NCBI GenBank assembly: GCA_043819555.1
Contig: JBDREQ010000027.1
Coordinates: 1-64,000 of the forward strand
Source: Candidatus Zixiibacteriota bacterium
Lineage (GTDB): Bacteria; Zixibacteria; MSB-5A5; GN15; JAAZOE01
Direction: 5' to 3'
Length of the DNA stretch: 64,000 nucleotides
Of this stretch, positions 35,873 to 46,725 are shown one piece after another (position 1 is the first letter of the stretch; each line of letters opens with the position of its first letter). Position numbers and translations under genes: made by a program. Under the pieces are notes generated by a model. The model made no database searches. It worked only from the letters and a program-made list of their open reading frames with translations, and had not been told where the DNA came from.

Positions 35873-37621
35873 TTATTCTTCAAAATCGAAAATTAGCTTA
35901 TGCGAACCCCCTTTTTCAACAAAAACAGTATCTATTTTCTCAAGCTCCTGCTCATTGAGTACCAAAACAACCTTGATTATATGTCGCCCGACTTCCATTC
36001 TAAAGGTATTATTGGTCCGCCTTTCCTGCGGCGTTCCGTCAATAAATACGAGAGCGCCGATTATCGGTTTGGAGCCAATCCGGACTTCGCCATAATCCCT
36101 AACAGGGCTCTGCGGCGGAAATGTAAATACATATGATTTTACAATTGTATCGCCAATCTGAATATCAATATTTTCGCCAAATGTTTTCTGTTGACTGCGG
36201 TTATTTTCGACCTTTATCGCATATGAGCCTTCGGGCAGTTCAAGGGTGAATGATTTTTGGTCGCGAGCCTGAAGTTCGTTATCAATATATATGTTCCCGG
36301 AGGGATTGACGCTCAATCTAAGATAACCGTTCTCAATACCATTGTCTTCAATCGTTTCTATATATATTATCCGGGTTTGCGAATATTCGCTTTGGTTTCC
36401 GTCGGCGTCGATAGATTTAACTCTCCAATAATATAATCCCTCCGCCATATCAATATTGGGCGTGTATCTGCTGTCGACCAATTCAGGGATGTTCTGCAAT
36501 GATATAAAATCAGCATCGTCGCCAATTTCCAATATATATGTCGCGGCATTTGGAATGGAAGACCACATAAAGTCCGGCATGGCAGTATCAATGGTGTCAT
36601 TATCATATGGGGATATCAATTCGGGGGGATTGGGAGGATAAGGTTCATCACCGCTCCAAAAAATGAAATAGGCGATCGCGGCCACAATAATGATTGATAT
36701 GCCGAATATTATGACGCGGTTGGATTTCTTTTTTGTCGCGATCCTTTGCGTTGGCGTTGCGGGGGATACTTGAGACTGATGTGGTTCTTCAATAATTTTG
36801 CCTTTTACGCGCGAGTCAATCCGCAGTTTTTCAAGTGCTTCGCGCATTTGACCAACCGAAGCGTACCTGTCCTGCGGTTCCCGACTGATTGATTTCATTA
36901 CAATAGAGTCAAGTTCACCGGAAATTTCACCCGCAATATGCCGCGGCGGCTTGGGGTCATTAAAAAGTTTGGCGTCGCGCAAGGCGAAGGCATTGTCACC
37001 GGTAAAGGGAAGTTTACCGGTGAGCATAAAATATAAAGTCGTTCCAATTGCATATATATCGGCCTTGGCGTAATCGATATGCTCAGTTGGATTGAATTGT
37101 TCGGGAGGCATATAAGTCGGCGTCCCGCAGGAGCTTCCGGCAACGGTAAGGTTAGGATCGCTTTCGCCCTTGGCGATACCGAAATCTATTATTTTTATCT
37201 GGTCGTTTTTATCAACCATGATATTGCCCGGTTTTATGTCACGATGAAAGATGCCTTTATTGTGCGCAAATTCGAGGGTCTCCAATACACCGCAAATGAT
37301 TTGGATGGCTTGCTGCGGCTGGAGCCGTTCTTTCTCTTTGATTAGATCTTCAAGAGTGGTGCCTTCAATGTATTCCATGGCAATAACAATATCGTCACCG
37401 TGATTGAAGAAGTGTTTTATCTGACAGATGTGGCCATGGCCGTCAAGAAGAGCCAGCTTATCGGCTTCCTGTTTGAACCGTTCGACGAGGCGCGGGTCCG
37501 AAAGGACTTTTAACACCACTTTCAGGTTGGGAACATCCTGGTGCACAGCCAAATAGACCTGAGCCATACCGCCGGCGCCGATTTTTTTTAGTATTTTATA
37601 ATTCCCGATTTGTTCAGTCAT
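35873..37621 (-). CDS. Membrane-anchored Ser/Thr protein kinase with FN3-like and PEGA-like domains
   Basis: GAGGMAQVY, HRDIKPGN, DFGIAK, GTPTYMPPE; TM; PELISP...YYWRVKSID (FN3-like); GALVFIDG (PEGA-like). Confidence 0.93.
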   Translation of the reverse strand: MTEQIGNYKILKKIGAGGMAQVYLAVHQDVPNLKVVLKVLSDPRLVERFKQEADKLALLDGHGHICQIKHFFNHGDDIVIAMEYIEGTTLEDLIKEKERLQPQQAIQIICGVLETLEFAHNKGIFHRDIKPGNIMVDKNDQIKIIDFGIAKGESDPNLTVAGSSCGTPTYMPPEQFNPTEHIDYAKADIYAIGTTLYFMLTGKLPFTGDNAFALRDAKLFNDPKPPRHIAGEISGELDSIVMKSISREPQDRYASVGQMREALEKLRIDSRVKGKIIEEPHQSQVSPATPTQRIATKKKSNRVIIFGISIIIVAAIAYFIFWSGDEPYPPNPPELISPYDNDTIDTAMPDFMWSSIPNAATYILEIGDDADFISLQNIPELVDSRYTPNIDMAEGLYYWRVKSIDADGNQSEYSQTRIIYIETIEDNGIENGYLRLSVNPSGNIYIDNELQARDQKSFTLELPEGSYAIKVENNRSQQKTFGENIDIQIGDTIVKSYVFTFPPQSPVRDYGEVRIGSKPIIGALVFIDGTPQERRTNNTFRMEVGRHIIKVVLVLNEQELEKIDTVFVEKGGSHKLIFDFEE

Positions 37622-37736
37622 GCAAAAATATACGGATTAATAAATTGGCAGGCAATAATAATAACAAACTGACAAAAATGAATAAGGCGGGATGAATATG
37701 ATTACCACCACTACAAGATGTTTATTCTTATGGCAA

Positions 37737-38132
37737 CTAATCAGCCAAAGTGCTTTCAGCCCGGGCCTGAACAATATCTCTAATTGAGACAACTCCAGTT
37801 AACTCGCCATTATCCAAGATGGGGATATGCCGAATTTTATTGGCGGAAATAAGATCTGCAATATGATTGATATCATCTTCAGGCTTGCCCAATACCAGGT
37901 TCTCACTCATAAAGTCGCCAACTCGCATATCCATCATATCTCCGCGGTATCGAAAGGCAAGATGAAAGATATCCCGCTCTGTAATAATCCCGATAGGTTT
38001 TTCATCAGCATCAACAACAATTAGCGAACCGATTTTATTGTCGATTAATAATCGCATTGCGGATTCAATAGTGTCACGGTGCCTTGCTGTAATGGGCGGT
38101 GTCTTGTTTTGTAATAGGTCTTTAACCTGCAT
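37737..38132 (-). CDS. CBS-domain pair protein
   Basis: IGSLIVVD..GIITERDI; IRHIPIL...GVVSIRDIV. Confidence 0.9.
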   Translation of the reverse strand: MQVKDLLQNKTPPITARHRDTIESAMRLLIDNKIGSLIVVDADEKPIGIITERDIFHLAFRYRGDMMDMRVGDFMSENLVLGKPEDDINHIADLISANKIRHIPILDNGELTGVVSIRDIVQARAESTLAD

Positions 38133-38729
38133 ATAATTCTCCTGATCGGTAAAAATGGTTATTGATAATAAGTGAATTATCCAACCCTGTCGTTATAATA
38201 TACTACAAAATGACCCATAATTCAAGCGTTTTCAGGCGCCGGATGACTCAAATTATGCGCATCGTTATGAGTACCATAAATATATACGGATTCTTGTTAA
38301 ATATTATTGACTTGACCGTATGAAAATAAATGTTGGAAATGAAAATATCGTTTTTCCTGATACCAATATGTGCAAATGAGTGCACTAAAATAGGCTTATC
38401 TGGTTAAAGAAGTGTTTCGATATAAAAGCTGAGTATTTTCTAATTATATGACAGACTATTGAAATCGCCATATCAATAAATATCAATCTAGGTTAAGACA
38501 AAGATTGGCATTGGTTTAGTCATCAACAAAAATAAATTAGAACATTTCTTGGGGAAGGCCCATTGTTACTTATGAGTGTTCGAATATTGACTAACCATTC
38601 TGGTTTATTCAGCCGTATAGTCTGAAGATTGGTATGTGCTTTGCTCAATATCGTTTGGCAAAATCGGTCATCTATGGCGGATTATAGAATTCATGGCCTG
38701 TATTTCCGGCCCTAACCGGAGACTGTACA

Positions 38730-40889
38730 ATGAAACGTCTGACATTCTTTGTTTTAATGATTGCCTTTGGTTTTTTATCTCTTGAAATCGCTCTTGCCGG
38801 AGGAGGCGTGGCCTCACAACAAAAGTCGAAAAACTTGCGTCTGGGAAAATCTCAGTCCGAATTATTTCCATCGGGGCCGTTAAAACTGCATAGCGCCGGT
38901 AAGGTGGTGAAAAATATAACTTCGCTTGCGACGGGAACCATGGAAGTAACCCAGGGAGGGGATGATATTGCCTCAGCGGTTGTTATTAATTCGATGCCGT
39001 TTACCGGGATGGGAACAACAGCAGGATATAACGATGATTACGAAGAAAGCTGCAACAGCGAAGCGGATCAGGATTTCCCTGATGTCGTATACTCATTCAG
39101 TCCCAATGCGAACGGTTTACTCGATGTTGTGTCATGCAATTCATCATATTTTACAAGGCTATGGATTTATCAGACTTCAGAGAGTAATTTAATTGCCTGT
39201 AATCGGGTTAGTACATTATGTCCCGGATTACCGCGAGCGGCTTTGCTGAATGTTTCGCTTGAGGCCGGAAATACTTATTACATAATTGTTGATGGCGATA
39301 GATTAATAACCAGTGATGAGCCGGGACCGTATACAATTGAATGTACTTATGAAATCGCCGCGGGTCTATCCGACTCGACAATGCTGCACCCTACGGCGGC
39401 ATATTCCGGAACAACTGATATTGTATTTGGCTGGGAAGAAAACGCCGCCGACACGGCGGTGTTTTGGTATGGCTCCGACGACGCGGGTATGAATTTCCCA
39501 TCAGCCGGAGCGTTCAATGGGGAGTTTTATTATCCTTCAGTTGAGTATTGGGGCAGCGGTTCGCAGTTTTATGGAACTATGGTTCCGGGACCGAGTGAAT
39601 CAAACGGCGCACCGATTCTATTGATTGATTTCCCGAGTCCGACAAATACAGATTTATGGTCATTATCCTCATGGAGCTGGGGATCTTTGGGTTGGAGTGG
39701 CATGAAAATGGCTGATATCGCCTGCGAAAGCTCACAGGAGTTTTCTCAGGCTCCCGGGCAATATCGCTTTGGGATGATTTCATTTATCAGTTCGACAACT
39801 TATCCTAATTATGCTATGACGGATGGTCCGCATATGTTTTTCCAGGCTGATGAACCGGGTATGGGGACGTTAAGCCTGTATAAGCTTGATGGCTGTAATT
39901 CGACGACCTGTGATATAGATCCGGTATCCAAACTTTCTTATGCCATATATGATTTTTATGATCCCGATGCCAGTCAGTGGCAGTTATTTATTCGTCGGGA
40001 TTTATTTGGTGATCCCGACAACACTACTTATAGCAATGCCTATGTTTATTCTATGGAAAGCGCCGCGGATCATGTCATGTACCCTTCGGTTGCCTCCAAC
40101 GACAGCAATATTGTTATTCTAAGCGAATTTTATTCTGATAGCATCCCTGGAGATCGGGATATTATCTGCTGGTACAATGAAGGGTCCGATGGAGATCATG
40201 GAACTCTGTTGACCAGTGTCGTTGTCGCTTCCACCGATGATGAGAGATACCCCCGGGTAGTTAATGTCGCCGGAGATATTTATATGGGTACATTTGTTTG
40301 CGGCGACACTCTGTTTCAGATAGTGACGCACGATGCCGGAGCGACATGGACCGATCCGATGCCTATTAGCGATGCCGCTTCTGATAAAGTCGTTAATGAA
40401 TATCGCAATTCGGATTTGTCTGAATATGGCAATATTGCCGTTTGGGAATACCAAATGCAGGGCGAACCAGATACAAGCAAATTTATACATTTTGCCGCTA
40501 TATTTTTGGATACCGACGAAGATGGGATTGGCGAAGCTGTCGATAACTGCCCTTCGACTCCAAATCCAAATCAGGATGATGTTGATGCCGATGGTGTCGG
40601 TGATGATTGTGATAACTGTCCCAATAAATATAATCCTGATCAAGCCGACAGTGATGAAGATGGAGTTGGCGATGTTTGCACGGTCTATTGCGGCGATGCC
40701 AACAGCGACACTCGAGTAAATATCAGTGATGCCGTCTGGTTAATTAATCATGTTTTCAAAGGCGGGCAGGCACCTGATCCTCTGGAAAATGGTAATGTAA
40801 ATTGCGACGCATCGGTCAATATCGCTGACGCAGTTTGGCTGATTAACCTGATTTTCAAAGGCGGCCCGGGGCCTTGTGATTGTAAATGA
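38730..40889 (+). CDS. Secreted protein with thrombospondin type 3 repeats and C-terminal dockerin
   Basis: Signal peptide; DNCP...NP.Q.D.D.DGVGD.CD repeats; [18 protein letters not shown] duplicated EF-hand-like dockerin. Confidence 0.85.
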   Translation: MKRLTFFVLMIAFGFLSLEIALAGGGVASQQKSKNLRLGKSQSELFPSGPLKLHSAGKVVKNITSLATGTMEVTQGGDDIASAVVINSMPFTGMGTTAGYNDDYEESCNSEADQDFPDVVYSFSPNANGLLDVVSCNSSYFTRLWIYQTSESNLIACNRVSTLCPGLPRAALLNVSLEAGNTYYIIVDGDRLITSDEPGPYTIECTYEIAAGLSDSTMLHPTAAYSGTTDIVFGWEENAADTAVFWYGSDDAGMNFPSAGAFNGEFYYPSVEYWGSGSQFYGTMVPGPSESNGAPILLIDFPSPTNTDLWSLSSWSWGSLGWSGMKMADIACESSQEFSQAPGQYRFGMISFISSTTYPNYAMTDGPHMFFQADEPGMGTLSLYKLDGCNSTTCDIDPVSKLSYAIYDFYDPDASQWQLFIRRDLFGDPDNTTYSNAYVYSMESAADHVMYPSVASNDSNIVILSEFYSDSIPGDRDIICWYNEGSDGDHGTLLTSVVVASTDDERYPRVVNVAGDIYMGTFVCGDTLFQIVTHDAGATWTDPMPISDAASDKVVNEYRNSDLSEYGNIAVWEYQMQGEPDTSKFIHFAAIFLDTDEDGIGEAVDNCPSTPNPNQDDVDADGVGDDCDNCPNKYNPDQADSDEDGVGDVCTVYCGDANSDTRVNISDAVWLINHVFKGGQAPDPLENGNVNCDASVNIADAVWLINLIFKGGPGPCDCK

Positions 40890-40911
40890 TATTAAAACAA
40901 TAAATTATTAA

Positions 40912-40942
40912 AAAAGGAGCCTTTGAAAATAAGGTTCCTTTT
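40912..40942 (+). terminator. Intrinsic terminator
   Basis: AAAAGGAGCCTT...AAGGTTCCTTTT followed by ATTTTT. Confidence 0.7.
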
Positions 40943-41123
40943 ATTTTTGACTGCCATAACGCACTTAACCATCAATAACTTATAGACTAAAATAAATCAA
41001 GAATAAATAATGTGAGATTCTATGCTTTGTGAAAGATTTCACTTGATTTTTTCGTCCAATAAATCTATTATTTTAATAGGCTTTAGAATTGAACCAGAAT
41101 TTTGTGAATTGGAGTTATCTGAA

Positions 41124-41639
41124 ATGAAATTTCCGACGCGGGCTCGCTATGGATTACGAATGATGATGGAACTGGCGAGATTGCAGGAGAAATCCACATT
41201 GGTTCAATTGAAGAATATTGCGAAAGTGACAGGGTTGTCGAAGAAATATCTGGGTCAATTGATAATTCTGTTAAAGGACCATGAATTGGTAATTGTAGTT
41301 TCCGGACGAGGAGGAGGATACCGGTTAATCCGGTCGGCCGATGAAATAACTTTGCGGCAGGTCTTAAAGGCGGTGTACGGCCCGATATTCGCAACCGAAT
41401 GCGTGGTCAATCCGGATATATGCTTGAATGCAGTCTTTTGTGAAACGCGAACGATCTGGGCTTTGATTTCTGATAAGGTGCAAGAGGTATTGGATCAATA
41501 TACACTTGCTGATTTGGTTGACCGGGGATGGTTAAACCGGATTAAGAATGAATATCCGAATTCGCCATATCTGCATTTGCAAAGCCTGGCATTGGAGGAT
41601 AAAGATATTGGTATGTCCGGATGTCCATCCGGGCAATGA
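41124..41639 (+). CDS. Rrf2-family transcriptional regulator with three candidate Fe-S cysteines
   Basis: MKFPTRARYGLRMM, GRGGGYRL, ITLRQVL, CVVNPDICLNAVFC; GGAG RBS before ATG 41124. Confidence 0.92.
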   Translation: MKFPTRARYGLRMMMELARLQEKSTLVQLKNIAKVTGLSKKYLGQLIILLKDHELVIVVSGRGGGYRLIRSADEITLRQVLKAVYGPIFATECVVNPDICLNAVFCETRTIWALISDKVQEVLDQYTLADLVDRGWLNRIKNEYPNSPYLHLQSLALEDKDIGMSGCPSGQ

Positions 41640-41705
41640 GAATTGGATTGACGGAAATTATGTGGGACTCTAAATATATACAAGTGGTGATATCTGGAGG
41701 GATAT

Positions 41706-42641
41706 ATGAACACTCTGCAATTGTTTAATTACACAGCCATCGTTTTTTTTGCGATTATCGTAGTCATCAAAATGATGCGGATAGCGCGAATGCCACTTCA
41801 TCTCCGGTGGGATTTATATCCTATTCCCCACGAAAAGGGGAAGGGGAAATACGGCGGTTCGTATTATGAAGAAAGTGACTGGTGGACCAAACCTAATGAA
41901 TTTTCACTTTTTAGTGAATTAAAAGAAATGGCCAAAGAAATTATTTTTGTCCATTCAGTATATAAAAATAACCGACCACTGTGGTATTTTTCATTCCCCT
42001 TCCATTTTGGATTGTATTGCCTGATTGGTTTTTTTGTTCTGATTATCATCGGGGCTTTGATGGGGATGTCGGGAACTTCGTTGTCATCAGAATCAGCCGG
42101 AATCGGGGCATTGGTTTTTTCGCTGACTAATGTAATGGGCACTGTCGGCTGGGTTTTAAGTATTATAGGCGGGGCCGGACTTTTCTTATCTCGGGTTCTT
42201 AGAGGCGAATTGCGCGGGCCATCAGTAATATCGGATTATGTCAATATTCTGTTTATGCTGGCATTTTTGGTCACCGGTTTTTTATCAGGCTGGATGCATG
42301 ATCCGGGATATGTTTACTTGCGTTCGTATACCCATAGTATGATTACGTTTTCAACTGCCGGAATAATGCCCCAGAGTCTAACGGCACATTTGTGGGTGCT
42401 GGGTGCGCTACTATTGTATTATCCGTTTACCCACATGACGCACGTATTCAGCAAATATTTCACTTACCATAAAATTCGCTGGGAAGATTCGCCCAATACC
42501 CGTGGCAGTAAAATTGAAAAATCAATTATGGGAAACCTGGGTTATCGTGTCAGTTGGTCGGCCCCTCATATAAAGGCCGGTTCGACCTGGGCCGAAGCGG
42601 CAACTACTAATCCGACCGAGGAGAAAAAGGATAATGGCTAA
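41706..42641 (+). CDS. dsrM: NarI-like di-heme membrane cytochrome b, DsrM/HmeC
   Basis: HLRWDLYPIPHE, GGSYYEE..WW, FPFHFGLY, H...YPFTHMTH; several TM helices. Confidence 0.8.
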   Translation: MNTLQLFNYTAIVFFAIIVVIKMMRIARMPLHLRWDLYPIPHEKGKGKYGGSYYEESDWWTKPNEFSLFSELKEMAKEIIFVHSVYKNNRPLWYFSFPFHFGLYCLIGFFVLIIIGALMGMSGTSLSSESAGIGALVFSLTNVMGTVGWVLSIIGGAGLFLSRVLRGELRGPSVISDYVNILFMLAFLVTGFLSGWMHDPGYVYLRSYTHSMITFSTAGIMPQSLTAHLWVLGALLLYYPFTHMTHVFSKYFTYHKIRWEDSPNTRGSKIEKSIMGNLGYRVSWSAPHIKAGSTWAEAATTNPTEEKKDNG

Positions 42642-44247
42642 GTCAAAAGTATCTATAAAGGATTTTGGAAGCAAAGAAGGGCAGCTCGTCAATCTCGATC
42701 AGTCGAAATTCCTGCCTTTACCGGCGCCATACGACAAACTTGATCTGGAACCTCAGTTTAAACAGCTGTCTGATGCGAATAGACAAAAGCTGGAATGCGA
42801 TCTGGACGGAGTTTCTGGATATAAATTTCCTCGTCCGGAAACTGAAGAAGAGAAAAGGCAATTGGTCGAGAAGTTTTTATCCGGGTTGCAGAAGTTGTTC
42901 CAGAAGGAGAATAACTGGACATTTTTACAGCCGCTGTTTCTTACCATGGAATACTGCGTCAAATGCCAGACCTGCGCAACGGCCTGTCCCATATTTAACG
43001 AATCGGGAGGAGAAGAAATTTACCGTCCGACCTTCAGATCGGATATAATGCGGCGTTTGTATAAAAAATATGTCAAGAGCGGCGGTAAAATATTCGCCAA
43101 ATTATCCGGCAATGATATAAACGCCACCTGGACAATGGTGGCTCGATTGATGGAGTTGTGTTATCGCTGCACGATTTGCCGGCGTTGTGCGCAAACCTGT
43201 CCGATTGGGGCCGATAATGGACTAGTTACCCGTGAGCTGAGAAAGATATTCAGCCAGGAAATGGGCATAACAGTTACTCCGCTTCATGAGAAGGGCTCAA
43301 TGCAGCAGCTCAAGGTGGGATCGAGCACCGGAATGTCGACAGTGGCTTATCTGGATAATATTGAATTTCTTGAAGAAGAGGTTGAAGAGCGCGCCGGAAT
43401 GAAATTCAAATGGCCGATGGATAAAGAAGGCGCTGATATTCTTCTTATTCATAATGCCGGAGAATTTTTGGCCTGGCCGGAAAATCCTGAAGCATTCGCA
43501 ATTATTCTTGAGGCGGCCGGAATAAATTATACCCTTTCAAGTGAAGCCATAGGCTACGATAGTGTAAACTATGGCACCTGGTATGACGATATGCAGTTCG
43601 CCCGGGTGGCTCTCAAACATGCGGCGGTGGCCAAGAAACTGGGTGTCAAGAAAATCGTTCTGGCGGAATGCGGCCATGCTCATAAAGCCCTTACGGTTAT
43701 TGCCGATCGAGTCTTGACCGGCGATTTTAATATTCCCCGTGAAAGCTCAATGACGCTGCTAAGAGAAATAATCAAGAGCGGTCGCCTGAAACTGGACCCT
43801 TCGCGCAATGATGATATTACCGTCACTCTTCATGATCCATGTAATATGGTGCGTTTGATGGGCATAGTCCAACCGCAGCGCGATGTCCTCAAAGCTGTTT
43901 GCAATAATTTCCGCGAAATGACCCCGCACGGAGTGAAGAATTATTGTTGCGGGGGCGGAAGCGGTTTTGCTATCACACAGGATCTGAATTTTCCGGATTG
44001 GAGACAATTAATTTCAGGGCGAGCCAAAATGCGGCAGATTCTGGATGTCTTTCAGGATATTATTGGCCCAGAGCATAAGAAATATGTATGCGCGCCATGT
44101 TCCAATTGTAAGGGGGCGATGAGAGATATGTTCGCGGCCTATGGTTTATTCGACCGGTGCAATATTCTTTATGGTGGATTAGTTGAGCTGATTGTCAATG
44201 CCATGCCTGAAATTAAAGAACCGTTTTTGGAATGGGAATGGCATTAG
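42634..44247 (+). CDS. dsrK: HdrD-like Fe-S/CCG-domain oxidoreductase, DsrK/HmeD
   Basis: Two CxxCxxCxxxCP motifs, ECGHA, HDPCN, CCGGGSG, CAPCSNC. Confidence 0.82.
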   Translation: MAKSKVSIKDFGSKEGQLVNLDQSKFLPLPAPYDKLDLEPQFKQLSDANRQKLECDLDGVSGYKFPRPETEEEKRQLVEKFLSGLQKLFQKENNWTFLQPLFLTMEYCVKCQTCATACPIFNESGGEEIYRPTFRSDIMRRLYKKYVKSGGKIFAKLSGNDINATWTMVARLMELCYRCTICRRCAQTCPIGADNGLVTRELRKIFSQEMGITVTPLHEKGSMQQLKVGSSTGMSTVAYLDNIEFLEEEVEERAGMKFKWPMDKEGADILLIHNAGEFLAWPENPEAFAIILEAAGINYTLSSEAIGYDSVNYGTWYDDMQFARVALKHAAVAKKLGVKKIVLAECGHAHKALTVIADRVLTGDFNIPRESSMTLLREIIKSGRLKLDPSRNDDITVTLHDPCNMVRLMGIVQPQRDVLKAVCNNFREMTPHGVKNYCCGGGSGFAITQDLNFPDWRQLISGRAKMRQILDVFQDIIGPEHKKYVCAPCSNCKGAMRDMFAAYGLFDRCNILYGGLVELIVNAMPEIKEPFLEWEWH

Positions 44248-44272
44248 AATTTTAGTCTGAAATAACATCTTG

Positions 44273-44303
44273 CGCCCGGAAATATGAAAATAGTTTTCGG
44301 GCG
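44273..44303. terminator. Terminator between convergent dsrK and hemG
   Basis: CGCCCGGAAA...TTTTCGGGCG followed by TTTTATTTTT. Confidence 0.7.
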
Positions 44304-44311
44304 TTTTATTT

Positions 44312-45682
44312 TTAGGCATTTAATGCGTTGCCGAGTTTTGAGACTACTTTTTCGGAGCGAATAACGCAATCATTGAGACTAATGCCTTCATAAGCATTGC
44401 CTGTGAAATACAAACCGGGTAACCTGCTCTCGAAATCCTCTAATATTTTCATCTTAGCGGGATGACCCATGATAAATTGAGGGATTCCCTTCGGCCATTT
44501 GAATATGTTGACATAGTCGGGTTTCTTTTTAATACCGACAATTTCGGATAATTCACGATGAACAAGATCCGTTAGTTCTTCATCGGTAAGGTTAATCGCA
44601 TCCGGATCAGTGGCCCCGCCGATCATCGTTCGCATCTGCACCATATTCATCGGCGAACGTCCAAAAAAAATGGAAGAAGTCCAAATAGAGCCTAAAATTC
44701 TCTTGTCCTGATTGCGCGGAATCAAAAAGCCAAATCCGGAAAGGTCGTGCTCGATATATTCGGATTTATATCCAAAACAAACGACAGAAATCGAAGAATA
44801 CGGGATAGACAATAATAGATTAGACAGCTCGCTATCCAGATCTTTGGTCAGAGTAGAAGCTGCGTAAGCCGGAGCGGCACAGATGACGGCATCGAATTTC
44901 TCCGCCGGATTATATTTGAAATTCAATTCATAGCCGTCATCAATTATTCTAATCGAAATTACTTCCATTCCGAATTTAATGTCATCAGCGTATCGTTTTT
45001 CTAAAGCCTCGATTAAAGTATTAAGGCCGTTTTTAAATGATGTCAATCGCCCCTGAGGACCAGCGGGGCCTCCCTTGCTTCCCTGTTTTTTTCTGGCTAT
45101 CATAGCTTTGATAAGTGAACCATGGTTTTTTTCCATCTCTTCCATGATTGGGAAACAGGCTCGTAGCGAAAGTTTACGGGCGTCGCCTCCATATATTCCG
45201 GAAACCATCGGGACGATTAATGTCTCCGCCGCTTCACGGCCGATTCTTCTTCGGGCGAAATCAAAAATCGACTCATCGTTATCGTTAGTTTTCGCTTTTA
45301 TAAAAGGTTCGGCAATAAGACGGGCGCGTCCTTTTAATGAAATCAAAGGGGAACTTAGGAATTTTATTGGCGATGGATTAATCTCGTGCAGTTTTTTATT
45401 GCGATAGATGTATCGTTTTTCCGCTTTTGGATTAGCCGGTTCGAGCAGATCATCAATACCCAATTCTAATACTAATTGAAGTGTTAATGGGATTTTATCG
45501 AGAAATCCGTTCGGTCCCCAATCAGATATAAAACCGTCTTTGCGATCGGTTCCGATTGTTCCCCCCAGACGCGATTCTTTTTCAAAGAGAACCGGCTGAA
45601 TTTTGTCGCCATGCCGCCTTCTGAGGAAATGCAGGGCGGAAAGCCCGGAAATACCGCCGCCAATGATCGCGACTTTTTTCAT
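44312..45682 (-). CDS. hemG: FAD-dependent proto-/coproporphyrinogen oxidase (HemY family)
   Basis: IIGGGISGL, GPNGFL, SGIYGGD..KLS, GFGFLIP, GNAYEGISLNDC. Confidence 0.92.
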   Translation of the reverse strand: MKKVAIIGGGISGLSALHFLRRRHGDKIQPVLFEKESRLGGTIGTDRKDGFISDWGPNGFLDKIPLTLQLVLELGIDDLLEPANPKAEKRYIYRNKKLHEINPSPIKFLSSPLISLKGRARLIAEPFIKAKTNDNDESIFDFARRRIGREAAETLIVPMVSGIYGGDARKLSLRACFPIMEEMEKNHGSLIKAMIARKKQGSKGGPAGPQGRLTSFKNGLNTLIEALEKRYADDIKFGMEVISIRIIDDGYELNFKYNPAEKFDAVICAAPAYAASTLTKDLDSELSNLLLSIPYSSISVVCFGYKSEYIEHDLSGFGFLIPRNQDKRILGSIWTSSIFFGRSPMNMVQMRTMIGGATDPDAINLTDEELTDLVHRELSEIVGIKKKPDYVNIFKWPKGIPQFIMGHPAKMKILEDFESRLPGLYFTGNAYEGISLNDCVIRSEKVVSKLGNALNA

Positions 45683-46719
45683 AGTTCGACCGATTGTTTG
45701 GATATGATTTTTTCCCGTACCAGTGAACCCAGTAACTCGATAAATTTCGGGTCGTCATTGAACGATTCAGTGCGGATGAAATTTGTAATGCCAGACTCCG
45801 CAGCAATGGCTTTTAGCTCAATGTCAATTTCATGCAGCGTTTCGATATGGTCCGAGACAAAGCTGACCGGAACAACAACTAAATTCTTTACTCCGTCATT
45901 GCCCAGTTTTTTAATCATAGCCTTTGTCTCCGGTTCCATCCACTTGACCGGACCGCTGCGCGATTGATAAGATAGATGGTATTGATATCCTTCGCCCGCG
46001 AATCCAACTGTTTCCTTAACTTGATTGATGTATGGATCGCCGCTTTCGACTAATTTGATCGGAAGAGAGTGGGCGGTGAAAAGCACGTGTATATCTTCCC
46101 TGTCAGGAATTTTAGAAATCGCACTATCAATTCGAGAACGCAAAAGAGAGATAAATTCGGGGTGCTCAAACCAGTGAGAGATTAATGATATGCTAATACC
46201 CGTTCGCGTCAGACTGAACCATTTATCAATCTCGTCCAGTGAAGTCCCGGTTGTGGCAAGAGTATAATGAGGGTAGAGAGGCAGGACAATTAAATGATCG
46301 CATCCATCATTTACCGCCCGATCAAGTTCTTCGTGTATCATTGGATGAGTATATCGCATACCGACATAAGTTTTGACCCGGGGGAAAGATTCCCGCAGTA
46401 GTTTTTCCAATCCATCCGCCTCTGCTTTTGTCCACTTTAACTGAGGGGAACCGCCGCCGATCATTTTATATCTGCTCTTAACTTTTTCGGCACGACGGTT
46501 TGAGATAAATCGGGCAAGAGGTTTTTGGAGTAAAAAAGACATGGATAATTTAATAATGTTTTTGTCGCAAAAGAGATTGAATAAATAGGGTTGAATATCT
46601 TCGAGAGTATCCGGCCCGCCCATATTCAATAGTAAAACACCCCATTTCTTAGCCATAAAATCAAACTCATCGGCGGGGTATTCGAGATAGTTGCTGAGGG
46701 TTTTAAATTTTTCGATCAT
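45679..46719 (-). CDS. hemH: Ferrochelatase (alternative start at 46656)
   Basis: LLLNMGGP, IGGGSP, MRYTHP, LPLYPHY, FTAHSLP, GDPY, FVSDHIETL.EID. Confidence 0.95.
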   Translation of the reverse strand: MIEKFKTLSNYLEYPADEFDFMAKKWGVLLLNMGGPDTLEDIQPYLFNLFCDKNIIKLSMSFLLQKPLARFISNRRAEKVKSRYKMIGGGSPQLKWTKAEADGLEKLLRESFPRVKTYVGMRYTHPMIHEELDRAVNDGCDHLIVLPLYPHYTLATTGTSLDEIDKWFSLTRTGISISLISHWFEHPEFISLLRSRIDSAISKIPDREDIHVLFTAHSLPIKLVESGDPYINQVKETVGFAGEGYQYHLSYQSRSGPVKWMEPETKAMIKKLGNDGVKNLVVVPVSFVSDHIETLHEIDIELKAIAAESGITNFIRTESFNDDPKFIELLGSLVREKIISKQSVEL

Positions 46720-46725
46720 AATATA

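Noticed and set aside
40975..41050. IscR-type Rrf2 operator (GACTAAAATAAATCAAG)
   Set aside because: Only a loose resemblance in AT-rich DNA with imperfect spacing; cannot be supported by eye
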